IMG/VR virus record: IMGVR_UViG_3300002098_000029
Coordinates: 1-64,000 of that record
Reading direction: 5' to 3' (one strand)
Origin: an uncultured virus (IMG/VR IMGVR_UViG_3300002098_000029)
Taxonomy: Duplodnaviria > Heunggongvirae > Uroviricota > Caudoviricetes
DNA: 64,000 bases
Under the pieces are notes generated by a model. The model had not been told where the DNA came from. It did not search any database and saw nothing but the letters and a program-made list of their open reading frames with translations. How positions within the stretch are numbered: the first letter of the stretch is position 1; each line of letters starts with the position of its first letter. Below are positions 55,031 through 64,000 of the stretch, piece after piece. A program made the position numbers and the translations under genes.

Positions 55031-56949
55031 TGAAGTCATTTTTAGAACTATACGAAGAAGAAGAATCCACAAAACCTGTGGTGATGGCCTTTGGTCGTAT
55101 GAATCCTCCTACTACAGGTCACCTTAAATTAATTGATAAGGTGAAATCTACAGCTGAAAAGTTGGGTGCAAAACACACAGTCGTTGTTTCACATTCACAA
55201 GATTCAAAAAAGAATCCTTTGTCTGGCGAACAAAAAGTTAAGCATTTAAAACGGTATTCTCCTGGTACACATTTCGAAACTTCATCAAAAGAATCTCCAA
55301 CCATCCTACATGCTGCAGCTAAATTGCATGCCAAAGGCCATGACGAGCTTCATGTAGTTGCTGGTTCGGACCGTGTTAAGGAAATGCACACATTGTTACA
55401 CAAATATAATGGTGTTGAAGCTGGCCATGGCCTTTATAACTTTAAAAAGATAAAGGTACATTCAGCTGGTCATCGTGATCCTGATGCAGAGGGTGCTGAA
55501 GGTATGTCTGGTACCAAGATGAGAGAACATGCAAAGAATAAAGACTTTAGTTCTTTCCGTCAAGGAGTTCCATCTCATGTTCCAGACCACCATGTTAAAG
55601 AATTGATGCATGATGTTCGCCAAGGTATGGGATTAAATGAATCCGTTGACCGTGGCCAGTTTAGAGCCATCTTTGTGACTGGCGGACCTGGTTCCGGTAA
55701 AGATATCATCATTCGTGAAGCCATTGCTGAATCTCGCATCGTTGAACTCAACCTAGTACAGGCCTGTGAGTATTTGGCGGATAAACAGAAATTATCAGAG
55801 AAATCCAATGATTTCCGCAAAGAAGGTATCAGAACCCGTGGTCCACTCATCATCAATGGTCCTGCTGACGATAATAACCGCATCGGATATATCAAAGAAG
55901 AACTGGAAGAACTCGGTTATGAAACCTTGATGATCTTTGTGAATACCTCAAACGAAGCCAGTCAAGAACGTAATTCTATGTTATCCAGAATGATGACCGA
56001 ATCAATCCGGCAAGATAAGTGGTTGAAGGCACAAGGAAACACTAAATATTTCAATGAATCGTTTACCAACTTTATTGAGTTTGATAATACGGGTAAAATA
56101 GAAACAAAAGAAGAAGATATTACAGAAATATATATCACCACCAAACTTTTCTTAGATTCAAGAGTAATCAATGAAATTGCAGATGATTGGTTTACAAGAA
56201 ACAATAAAGTAAATATTAATGAAAGAATTACCTCACTATTTAAGGAAAACAATGTTAAAACGAATTCTAAGTCTGTTCAGCTCAAAACCACCGGCAGATA
56301 TAACTCCAGCCTCAGCGCCAAAGGTCCAGCCGATATCTCTCCAGATAACACCAGTTCAGTCGTTGGAGGCCAAGACCAAATTAAAGGAAACACCGGTCCA
56401 AGAAAAGACACCAGTAGAGGTCAAGGCATCACCGGTGGCGCAGGAGCAGCAGCGTACCAAGAAAGTGCACCAACGCTCAAAATCAGCGCAATCCCAAAAG
56501 AGCCCAACTTCCAAAAAGATAACGACAAAGAAAAAGTAAAGAAGCGTGGTAATACATCTTTGAGTGCTGGTCGTGTTGCAAGACCAGATGGAGTAGGACA
56601 GAGTTACGATACCCGTGCTGGTGGCCAAGGGGCTGCAGCAGGTGCTGGTCTAGGACAAGCAATGGGTGAGAGTCAAGATTATAGTAATGCACAACCTTCC
56701 AGTTCGGCTATGCCAGGAAGTTCTGCTTTATCACCAAACCCTTTGAGTGGGAATTTTACACCAAAGAGAGCAGATTTTAAGTATTTTAGAGATAAGATTA
56801 AGAAGGAAGCCATCGATTCCCCAGCAGAATCAGGTTCGATGGGAGTTGGAGGTGTACTCGGTGGTGCCACTAATAAGGAACCAATGGGTGACAATAAAGG
56901 TAATTTAATTGGTATTGAAATTAAAAAGAAAAAGAAACCAGTAGGATAA
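55030..56949 (+). CDS. Cytidylyltransferase-like (HxGH superfamily) + P-loop kinase fusion
   Basis: FGRMNPPTTGH, VAGSDR, MSGTKMR; GGPGSGKD. Confidence 0.8.
   Translation: MKSFLELYEEEESTKPVVMAFGRMNPPTTGHLKLIDKVKSTAEKLGAKHTVVVSHSQDSKKNPLSGEQKVKHLKRYSPGTHFETSSKESPTILHAAAKLHAKGHDELHVVAGSDRVKEMHTLLHKYNGVEAGHGLYNFKKIKVHSAGHRDPDAEGAEGMSGTKMREHAKNKDFSSFRQGVPSHVPDHHVKELMHDVRQGMGLNESVDRGQFRAIFVTGGPGSGKDIIIREAIAESRIVELNLVQACEYLADKQKLSEKSNDFRKEGIRTRGPLIINGPADDNNRIGYIKEELEELGYETLMIFVNTSNEASQERNSMLSRMMTESIRQDKWLKAQGNTKYFNESFTNFIEFDNTGKIETKEEDITEIYITTKLFLDSRVINEIADDWFTRNNKVNINERITSLFKENNVKTNSKSVQLKTTGRYNSSLSAKGPADISPDNTSSVVGGQDQIKGNTGPRKDTSRGQGITGGAGAAAYQESAPTLKISAIPKEPNFQKDNDKEKVKKRGNTSLSAGRVARPDGVGQSYDTRAGGQGAAAGAGLGQAMGESQDYSNAQPSSSAMPGSSALSPNPLSGNFTPKRADFKYFRDKIKKEAIDSPAESGSMGVGGVLGGATNKEPMGDNKGNLIGIEIKKKKKPVG
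56252..56539 (+). CDS. Putative overprinted small protein (95 aa, alternate frame)
   Basis: TAAGGA SD, MLKRILSLF start, fully nested in 55030-56949. Confidence 0.4.
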   Translation: MLKRILSLFSSKPPADITPASAPKVQPISLQITPVQSLEAKTKLKETPVQEKTPVEVKASPVAQEQQRTKKVHQRSKSAQSQKSPTSKKITTKKK

Positions 56950-56961
56950 CGGAGAATAAAA

Positions 56962-58149
56962 ATGTTTTCAAATAACCCAGTATCACAATCAATGATTGAT
57001 GCAGTCAATAAAGTTCTTGGTGAGGCTCCACAAGCAGCTGCGCCAGCTCAACCGGTTGAACAACCAAAGAATCCGTTTGCACCACAATTGTTAGATGAAT
57101 CTGATGAAAAAGTAAATCCAGAAGAATCTAAATGTGTAACAGAACCAAAAGCAAAAGAAATTGCTAAAAAGGAAGTAAAAGGTCACGAAAAAAAACTTCA
57201 TCAAAAAGAAGATATGACCTTTGCTAATAAACTCAAATGCTCCATCAAAGAAGGCAAAGCAACTGGTACAGAAGAAATCTTCACCGACAATAATCTTGGT
57301 GAAGAAGAAATGTCCGACAAGCAGAAAGCCAAGCGTGAAAAGATTGTAATGTCCATGAAAGGTGATGAAGCTGGACTGAAACAACGCTATGGTAAGAATT
57401 GGAAGAATGTGATGTATGCTACTGCTACTAAGCAAGCCATGAAGGAAGAAGTTGAACTGGATGAAGCTTCTCCACCAAAGAATACTGATATTGCTGATAA
57501 AGCCTATTTGAAACATAAACCAGGTACTGTTAAAGGTACAATGACTCAACTTGGTCGTTTTCTCCGTGGTAAACCAGAAATCAAAGAAGATGTGGAAGTT
57601 CAAATTGATAAATCTGGAGATAAAATTACAACAGATATGTTAAGTGGTCGTGTTACTGGTGGTAAATTAAATTCTTTCAGAAACTATAAAGTAGATTTGA
57701 AAACTAGTGGGGAAGAACCAGTACCTGTCGAATGTGACAAAGGTACAGATACAAAAGAAAAACAAAAGATTTCTACTAATCCAGGTCCAGTCGATATTAA
57801 ACTCGATGATAATTTAACAACTTCACCACAAAGTCATTTTTCAGACGATAAACAAATTAAGAATGAAGAAGTTAAACCAGAACTAAAGCATATTCGTAAT
57901 AAAGAAGGAAAAATGCGTGATCAAGAAGTAACTGATTTTGCAAATAAACATACTCCTGGTGGATTAGTAAAATCTAATGAAGAACTTGAATTAGAAGAAA
58001 AAGTAATTGCTGGTACTGATGGTTGGGAAAAGAGTCCTAAGAATGTTAAAGATAAATCTGGTGCAGTTCACACACCAATGAGTCGTGCAAAAGATTTGGC
58101 TCGTCAATCATTCAAGAAAATTAAGAGTGATTTGGGTAAAAACAAATAA
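56962..58149 (+). CDS. Hypothetical, probable internal head protein
   Basis: GGAG SD; modular charged segments separated by (L/I/M)xEE. Confidence 0.65.
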   Translation: MFSNNPVSQSMIDAVNKVLGEAPQAAAPAQPVEQPKNPFAPQLLDESDEKVNPEESKCVTEPKAKEIAKKEVKGHEKKLHQKEDMTFANKLKCSIKEGKATGTEEIFTDNNLGEEEMSDKQKAKREKIVMSMKGDEAGLKQRYGKNWKNVMYATATKQAMKEEVELDEASPPKNTDIADKAYLKHKPGTVKGTMTQLGRFLRGKPEIKEDVEVQIDKSGDKITTDMLSGRVTGGKLNSFRNYKVDLKTSGEEPVPVECDKGTDTKEKQKISTNPGPVDIKLDDNLTTSPQSHFSDDKQIKNEEVKPELKHIRNKEGKMRDQEVTDFANKHTPGGLVKSNEELELEEKVIAGTDGWEKSPKNVKDKSGAVHTPMSRAKDLARQSFKKIKSDLGKNK

Positions 58150-58154
58150 AGATC

Positions 58155-59639
58155 ATGAAGAAATTTAAAGACATCGTTAAAAAGAATCCTGAGCCAGCAA
58201 AGCCAGCCAATATTAGTGCTGGCCAGCTGGGTCAGTATTCCGCAACAAATCAGGTTTCTGAGGATGCCTCTTTGAGTACTTACCTTTCTTCTAGGGGTAT
58301 CAATCCTAAGTTTGTTTCTAGGGATACTAAGATTTCTCATGCAAAATCAAATGAATTTAAAACTTGGAAAAAGAATCATATGTTCGAAGAAACTTTAAAT
58401 GAAAGTGCTATGTTGGACAAATATCTTATGTCTAGAGGTATTAATCCCGACCACCTTCCGACAAATCAAAAAGTGGCTTATGCAAAATCTAGTGCATTTA
58501 TCACTTGGAAACAACATCACATGAATGAGGATATTACTAAAGATAAATCTGATGGTGATAGTCGTTCCAAACAAGCACATTCACCTACAGCACAACGCCA
58601 AGGCGAATTAGATAAGGCCGCAAAGTTCCATACAATTAAACCAGTACATACTCAAACTCCTATCAAAAAAGAAGGTTCACAGACCGGACATTTGACACCA
58701 GAATCAGTTCAAGTAAATGAATCACCAAAAGAAGGTGGTCGTAGGAAGTTCTCTGGTATGTTTAGTCCAGCACCAAAAGGAACATTCGCTTACGACCAAG
58801 CTATGAGAAAAAAGAAACATGATGATATTGCAAAGAATCAATCTAAAGATGGTTCTGGTATGACTTCTGCTATTGACCGATTACAAGCACATATGAATAA
58901 AGAAGAAGTTAGTCAAGTTTCCGTAAACAAATTCCACAAAAAATTAGATAAACTTGTACATTCTTCTTTTGGAAAAAGTTCAGATGAAAAGAAGATGAAA
59001 GAGGAAGTTGAACCGATTGATGAAATCTCCAAGAAAGCTTTGGCTGATTACAAACCTAAATCTATGGCTAGCCTTAAAAATGCTCAGGCTAACCGTGATG
59101 CTGCTGAACCAGGTAAAGATATGTCCAAAGGTTTTGCTAATTTACATGCAAAATCTGATGCAATTGCTAAGAAGCGTGTTAAAGGCCTTAAAGGTTATCT
59201 TCAGCGTGTTGGTGGTGTGAAACCAACCAGTGAGGATGTAATGGATCCACAAGCTGCAATTGCTAAAGTTCCTGATACTGATCCAAGTATTACAGAAAAG
59301 AAACGTGGATTGTCCAAGTCCGCTCGGATGATTAAGTCGCTATATAAACATCATGGAATTAAAGAAGATTTGTATGACCATGAAAAAGAAGATAAGTCGG
59401 TCGCAACTTATGGTAAGAAACCTAAGTTCGAAAAATCAGATGAAAAAGATAGTGCTGGTGAAAATAAGCCTAACGCTGCAGCAGTCATGACTGGCGGAAC
59501 AACCCTTACTGGTGAAAAACGAGATGATATCGAAATCGATCCAATGATGAGATTGCGTCCTGGTCAACCTGATCCTTTCAAGAAAGATGATAAGAAGAAG
59601 GATGACAAAAAAGACGGTAAAAAAGAAGAAAAGAAATAA
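58155..59639 (+). CDS. Hypothetical, probable internal head protein with tandem domain
   Basis: YLxSRGINP...AKS..F.TWK..HM repeated twice. Confidence 0.65.
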   Translation: MKKFKDIVKKNPEPAKPANISAGQLGQYSATNQVSEDASLSTYLSSRGINPKFVSRDTKISHAKSNEFKTWKKNHMFEETLNESAMLDKYLMSRGINPDHLPTNQKVAYAKSSAFITWKQHHMNEDITKDKSDGDSRSKQAHSPTAQRQGELDKAAKFHTIKPVHTQTPIKKEGSQTGHLTPESVQVNESPKEGGRRKFSGMFSPAPKGTFAYDQAMRKKKHDDIAKNQSKDGSGMTSAIDRLQAHMNKEEVSQVSVNKFHKKLDKLVHSSFGKSSDEKKMKEEVEPIDEISKKALADYKPKSMASLKNAQANRDAAEPGKDMSKGFANLHAKSDAIAKKRVKGLKGYLQRVGGVKPTSEDVMDPQAAIAKVPDTDPSITEKKRGLSKSARMIKSLYKHHGIKEDLYDHEKEDKSVATYGKKPKFEKSDEKDSAGENKPNAAAVMTGGTTLTGEKRDDIEIDPMMRLRPGQPDPFKKDDKKKDDKKDGKKEEKK

Positions 59640-59680
59640 GATAAATAACAAGATAACCAAGGCTAATTAAGGAGAAAAAA

Positions 59681-60328
59681 ATGCCAACATGGGGAAATAC
59701 GGACGCAGCTAATCAAAAGCCAAAATTTGATTTAGAGCGCACAACAAGAGTAAAATTACAATTCACAGTTCTTACTGGTAATAATGCAGGTAATAACGTT
59801 ATTACAGTCGCATATACAGATGGCGGACAAAATAACGTTGCTAACATTGGTGTTGCTGTAAACCAATATGTGTATTTCATGAACAGCGGATTTGCCAATC
59901 CTGGCGGTACCGCAGGTAATGGATATCCAGGTTTCTTTGCATCCAATACTCAAGTTTCTGCTATTAGCGGTAATACAATTACATTAGGTACTAATTTATT
60001 TAATAACGTTGCTGCAGGTTATGGTGTTGAGTTTGACTCAAAGGTTGTTTGGCCAACAGGTCCAGCATCCACTTATAATCAAGATACAATCTTGGTAACT
60101 CCAAGTCGCCTTGCGAATACTAAAGGTACAACCGGTGGTGCTGGAAGTACAGTTGCTAATACTCAATTGGGTAATGTGGTAACTGGTTGGAACTTGATTC
60201 AACGTAAAATCAATAATGATGGTACTATTCGTTTCTTGAAAGAGTGTTTGGTTGCTCTTGCTAATCCAGTTGCTGCCAATACTAGTTCTGCTAATACTAG
60301 TGCTAACGCCATTTTTGGTGGTCTTTAA
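59681..60328 (+). CDS. Hypothetical structural protein
   Basis: GATAAATA at 59640, AAGGAG SD, MPTWGNTD start, Asn/Gly/Thr rich. Confidence 0.7.
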   Translation: MPTWGNTDAANQKPKFDLERTTRVKLQFTVLTGNNAGNNVITVAYTDGGQNNVANIGVAVNQYVYFMNSGFANPGGTAGNGYPGFFASNTQVSAISGNTITLGTNLFNNVAAGYGVEFDSKVVWPTGPASTYNQDTILVTPSRLANTKGTTGGAGSTVANTQLGNVVTGWNLIQRKINNDGTIRFLKECLVALANPVAANTSSANTSANAIFGGL

Positions 60329-60335
60329 TTAGTTC

Positions 60336-60366
60336 AAGTTGTGGTGCTTCGGTACCACAACTTTTT
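60336..60366 (+). terminator. Intrinsic terminator with cUUCGg loop
   Basis: AAGTTGTGGTGC-TTCG-GTACCACAACTT-TTT. Confidence 0.88.
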
Positions 60367-60389
60367 CATTATGAAAATATAAGAATAAT

Positions 60390-60776
60390 ATGTTTGATGA
60401 ATTGAATGAAGATAATTTTATGATGTATGCAATGAAGTGTTATACTTCACCAAATTGTGTAATGTCTGAATTTGAAGGAGATATTAAGAGAACCAAATAC
60501 CTGAAAAGGTTATTTCGTAGATACAAGGTTAGTAAAACTCTTAAAGAACGATTGATATTGAACCATGTTATTTTATTGAATAATGTTTTTGGTCCAGAAG
60601 TGACCGCAAGAATATTATTTTATAGAATAGATGAACGAGATTACGATATATTAAAAACATTTCTGTTATATTTAAATATATTACCAGAAATGATATATGG
60701 CGTTCATGGGAAAAACATTCACACATCCGACATACCGGTTGATTTGAATATCGCAGAGATATTAAGGAAAATATGA
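60390..60776 (+). CDS. Conserved T4-like hypothetical protein
   Basis: YLKRLFRRY, ERLILNHVILLNNVFG. Confidence 0.8.
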   Translation: MFDELNEDNFMMYAMKCYTSPNCVMSEFEGDIKRTKYLKRLFRRYKVSKTLKERLILNHVILLNNVFGPEVTARILFYRIDERDYDILKTFLLYLNILPEMIYGVHGKNIHTSDIPVDLNIAEILRKI

Positions 60777-60964
60777 AAACTTTCAAAGAATACTTAAACG
60801 AAGATGGCATGGGTGCTGGTGCCGTTGGTGGCGGTTCTGCTGGACCGACCAATGTAACTGGTACACAAAGTTCTACTGATCCAGCAAGTGCTTCTGCTGT
60901 TAATAGAAAAAAGAAACACAGTCCCATTCTAATGGGTATGGCCACTCGTAAGGCGCCTAAGTGA
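60773..60964 (+). CDS. Small protein with capsid-targeting-like N-terminus
   Basis: AAGGA SD; MKTFKEYLNE. Confidence 0.7.
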   Translation: MKTFKEYLNEDGMGAGAVGGGSAGPTNVTGTQSSTDPASASAVNRKKKHSPILMGMATRKAPK

Positions 60965-61212
60965 TAGACATACAAAAAAGAATCAAAGAGAAATTTGGAT
61001 TAGAAGCAGAAGTAGTAGAAGCCTCAAATGTGTTATTTTTAAGAGTACAAGGCTTAGATAACGTATCTCTTGCTGATTGGATTAGAGTGGAGTTCCACAA
61101 CACATTTGTTAGTGTAAAGAATAGAAGAACTTTTGAATTTTCTGATGATGGATGGATTAAGATAGAAAAAAATGATAACAGTAGAACAATTACAGAAGAT
61201 ACTGCCACATAA
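60961..61212 (+). CDS. Hypothetical protein
   Basis: GTGA coupling to upstream gene. Confidence 0.6.
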   Translation: MIDIQKRIKEKFGLEAEVVEASNVLFLRVQGLDNVSLADWIRVEFHNTFVSVKNRRTFEFSDDGWIKIEKNDNSRTITEDTAT

Positions 61213-61777
61213 CACAACATTAAATTCTTTGTGTTCGGTGTTAAATGACTTATTACCAAAATATGATATTAATACGAAGAATAGAATTGCTGGGTTCTTA
61301 GCACAATGTGCAGTTGAGTCGATTGAGTTTACAACATTAAAAGAAAATTTAAATTATGGTCCACAAAGTTTAATGAGAACTTGGCCAAAATTATTTCCTT
61401 ATGTTGGTATTGCAGAACAGTATGCTCACCAACCTGAAAAGATTGCCAATTATGTTTATGCAAATAGATATGGTAATGGTAATGAGTTAAGTGGTGATGG
61501 TTGGTTATATCGTGGCCGTGGTGCCATACAAACCACCTTTCACGACAATTATAAAGTGTTTGCAGTTTCTATTGGATTACCTTTGAATGAAGTGATATCT
61601 TATTGTGAAACCTTAACGGGTGCAGTAGAATCTGCTTGTTTTTATTGGAAGTTGCACAATATTAATCAAGCTTGTGATGCTGATAATATTGAGGATATGA
61701 CACACAGAATTAATTCTGCTGAATTGGGATTAACACAAAGAACTATGTATTATGAAAAGGCTAAGTCAGTATTATGA
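61172..61777 (+). CDS. GH19 chitinase-like endolysin
   Basis: FLAQCAVES, ENLNY, GDGWLYRGRG, RIN. Confidence 0.88.
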   Translation: MITVEQLQKILPHNTTLNSLCSVLNDLLPKYDINTKNRIAGFLAQCAVESIEFTTLKENLNYGPQSLMRTWPKLFPYVGIAEQYAHQPEKIANYVYANRYGNGNELSGDGWLYRGRGAIQTTFHDNYKVFAVSIGLPLNEVISYCETLTGAVESACFYWKLHNINQACDADNIEDMTHRINSAELGLTQRTMYYEKAKSVL

Positions 61778-62379
61778 TGACAATATTACTTTGGTTGTTT
61801 AATTATATACCAACATTCTTTATATACATTACATTTGCATTAGGTGTGGTACTTTATCTTTTTTCTGAGATGGCCACACTTAGAATTGCTCAAGTTATAA
61901 CATCAAGTTATTTAACTCCAGCTTTTATGAGATTAGTTGGTATAATGTTGATGGGTTTAAGTATTTTCTTTTTGGGTATATCTTTTAGTGATACTCAATT
62001 TAAAAAAGAGTTAGATAAAAAGAATCAAGAAATAATTAAAATTAACGAAGATGCAAAAGATATAACAAATCAAGTAGAAATTAAGTATGTTTATAGAGAT
62101 AAGATTATTAAGGAGAAGGGTGATGAAATTATTAAATATGTTAACACTAAAAATGATGTCGATTGCAATTTGCATAACTCTACTATCGAGTTGCTCAATA
62201 GTGCCGCAAAAAACAACCTTCCCGACCCCACCAGAGCAACTAATGAAACCAGCGCCGGAGTTAACTTTAGTGCCGTTGAAGCAATAGTAATAGAAAATTA
62301 TAACAAATATCATTCCGTAAAAAATGAATTAGATTTATTACAGGAATGGGTTTTAGAACAACAAAAAAATAATAAATGA
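61774..62379 (+). CDS. Rz-like inner-membrane spanin
   Basis: N-terminal TM helices, coiled coil, single Cys, ENYNKY...LQEWV end; follows endolysin. Confidence 0.6.
   Translation: MMTILLWLFNYIPTFFIYITFALGVVLYLFSEMATLRIAQVITSSYLTPAFMRLVGIMLMGLSIFFLGISFSDTQFKKELDKKNQEIIKINEDAKDITNQVEIKYVYRDKIIKEKGDEIIKYVNTKNDVDCNLHNSTIELLNSAAKNNLPDPTRATNETSAGVNFSAVEAIVIENYNKYHSVKNELDLLQEWVLEQQKNNK
62123..62287 (+). CDS. Rz1-like outer-membrane lipoprotein spanin (nested, alternate frame)
   Basis: AAGGAG SD; signal peptide ending LLSS-C; Pro-rich mature part FPTPPEQLMKPAPEL. Confidence 0.7.
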   Translation: MKLLNMLTLKMMSIAICITLLSSCSIVPQKTTFPTPPEQLMKPAPELTLVPLKQ

Positions 62380-62645
62380 AAGTTATAGTTAAACAATTAC
62401 TGACGGGCAAAGATAATGAAACCTATGATTTAGGTCGCATATCTTGGGTTCTTTGTGTAATTTCCGTTATTGGATTTTGTATATATAATTTGATACATGG
62501 TATAACATTTACATTAGAAGATTTTGGTCGCTCAATAGCTGCTATCGTTGGAGTTCACGGTGCAGCTATTTGGGCAAAAAAAGATACTGAACCTAGTCCA
62601 CCAGCTGATACCAATCAAACGGCCGTTAACGATATTAATAAATAA
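62376..62645 (+). CDS. Holin-like membrane protein
   Basis: Two hydrophobic helices, charged C-tail, in lysis cassette. Confidence 0.55.
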   Translation: MKVIVKQLLTGKDNETYDLGRISWVLCVISVIGFCIYNLIHGITFTLEDFGRSIAAIVGVHGAAIWAKKDTEPSPPADTNQTAVNDINK

Positions 62646-62654
62646 AAGAACAAT

Positions 62655-63071
62655 ATGTCTGATGATTTAACAAAAATTAAAGTTGATGTGGAAGTATTAA
62701 AAACTCAAATAGTTACAATGACCTCGCTTTGCCAAAAGATGGATACAATCATTGATAAACTAGTAGATCAACAAGAAAAATATACCGTACAAATATATCA
62801 AGACATGGAAAACCGAAGAAAAGAAAAGAATGCGGAGATCAAAGAAATCCATGATCGTATTGATACTGTTATTGATAAGGTGCAGATTACAGAATTACGA
62901 ATTATGGATGAAATCAAAGAACTCCGTAAAGAACTATTAAAAAAGAGTGAAGGTGAGTCCACTAAAGTGGATAATTTGTCACAATGGAAATGGATGATTG
63001 CCGGTGGTATTATTGCTTTGGCATTTATACTTTCTAGAGCCACCGAACTTGTAGGCCACTTGACAAAGTAA
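62655..63071 (+). CDS. Coiled-coil protein with C-terminal membrane anchor
   Basis: LSQWKWMIAGGIIALAFIL C-terminus. Confidence 0.7.
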   Translation: MSDDLTKIKVDVEVLKTQIVTMTSLCQKMDTIIDKLVDQQEKYTVQIYQDMENRRKEKNAEIKEIHDRIDTVIDKVQITELRIMDEIKELRKELLKKSEGESTKVDNLSQWKWMIAGGIIALAFILSRATELVGHLTK

Positions 63072-63096
63072 TGATAATGTAGTATTATCATAGATT

Positions 63097-64000
63097 ATGA
63101 GCGTTTACATTGACCGAAATTTCCTCCTCCAAGTATCACCTAAATTACAGAGGTTCTCCCGTAAAAAGGACGACCTCTATAACTTTAGGTGCCCACTTTG
63201 TGGAGATTCCCAAAAGAATAAAACTAAAGCCCGTGGTTTCGTCTTCCGAAAGAAGAATGACTACTTCTATATGTGCCACAATTGTGGCGTATCTACCACA
63301 TTCTATAATTTCTTAAAACAGGTTGATCCCAATCTATTACAAGAATACCAATTGGAAAGATATAAAAATGGAGAAACCGGTAACAACAATTATCCAAAGC
63401 CAGATTTTGAGGAATTCAAAACGGAGAAACCGACCTTCAAGAAGTCCCTTGAACTTCCGACAATTGACTCATTACCAGAGGCGCATTATGCTAAGAAGTA
63501 TGTTCAGCAGAGAAGGATTCCAGAGACCTTTTACTCGCAACTATACTATGCGGAAGACTTTGCAGCCTTCATACAAACTCTTGGGATTGAAAAAGAGAAC
63601 CTTCATAAAGACGACAAACGGCTCGTCATTCCCTTCTATGACCAAGAGAAAAACCTTGTGGCTATCCAGGGTCGCTCGTTGGGTGAATCGAAACTCAGGT
63701 ATATCACATTAAAACTTCACGATGATAATAAAAAGGTCTTTGGACTGGATCGTGCAAATACCGAGAACATGATTTATGTGACCGAAGGTCCTATTGATTC
63801 CCTGTTCCTGGAGAATGGAGTAGCAACAGCAGACTCCAACCTAGAATCGATTACCGATGTATTGGCCAAGCCACAGGTTGCGTTAGTGTTCGATAACGAG
63901 CCTCGTAACAAAGAAATTGTGGCCAAGATGGAACATGCGATAGATAATCATTTTAACATCGTTATTTGGCCAGAATTCCTTATAGAAAAAGATATCAATG
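63097..64000 (+). CDS. gp61: DNA primase (truncated by window end; absent from ORF track)
   Basis: MSVYIDRNFLLQVS...NFRCPLCGDSQKNKTKARG, CHNCG, RLVIPF, QGRS, TEGPIDSLF; TTGACA(63060)-17 nt-TATTAT upstream. Confidence 0.95.
   Translation, partial: MSVYIDRNFLLQVSPKLQRFSRKKDDLYNFRCPLCGDSQKNKTKARGFVFRKKNDYFYMCHNCGVSTTFYNFLKQVDPNLLQEYQLERYKNGETGNNNYPKPDFEEFKTEKPTFKKSLELPTIDSLPEAHYAKKYVQQRRIPETFYSQLYYAEDFAAFIQTLGIEKENLHKDDKRLVIPFYDQEKNLVAIQGRSLGESKLRYITLKLHDDNKKVFGLDRANTENMIYVTEGPIDSLFLENGVATADSNLESITDVLAKPQVALVFDNEPRNKEIVAKMEHAIDNHFNIVIWPEFLIEKDIN

Noticed and set aside
257..63091. Numerous short minus-strand ORFs opposite core genes
   Set aside because: Antisense shadows of well-supported + strand genes; only the two endonucleases (13283-13867, 19176-19874) have recognisable motifs and promoters
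63110..63712. ORF-track ORFs 63110-63316 and 63323-63712
   Set aside because: Alternate frames of the gp61 primase that starts at 63097 and runs off the window
1..64000. Stop-codon reassignment
   Set aside because: Core genes are full length in the standard code, TAA, TAG and TGA all end genes, and no suppressor tRNA was found

Overview
AT-rich segment of a large T4-like (myovirus-type) dsDNA phage genome, almost all on the + strand and consistent with the standard genetic code. Order of modules: head genes (gp20 3' end, gp21, gp22, gp23); gp3, uvsY and a uvsW split into three pieces by two homing endonuclease genes; gp55, gp47, gp46; peptide deformylase; clamp/clamp loader/regA; Hsp20 with a ROSE-like leader; a ~6.3 kb array of 27 tRNAs (all 20 amino acids) plus two atypical tRNA-like RNAs, several unexplained structured spacer RNAs and an embedded rtcB; gp43, uvsX, gp41; a 12-gene sugar-modification island; probable capsid-packaged proteins; a lysis cassette (GH19 endolysin, Rz/embedded Rz1-like, holin-like); and the 5' part of the gp61 primase. 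Best candidates for undescribed biology: (1) a 33-codon leader peptide using 19 amino acids and 28 different codons, coupled to mutually exclusive antiterminator/terminator hairpins directly upstream of the tRNA array, i.e. a putative tRNA-pool-sensing attenuator; (2) uvsW fragments tipped with catalytically incomplete split-intein-like remnants; (3) copies of host-gene sequence next to the late promoters of four homing endonuclease genes; (4) two D-arm-reduced Gly-acceptor tRNA-like RNAs and a set of long-stem spacer RNAs between tRNAs. All assignments are by eye from motifs and synteny; no searches or folding programs were run.
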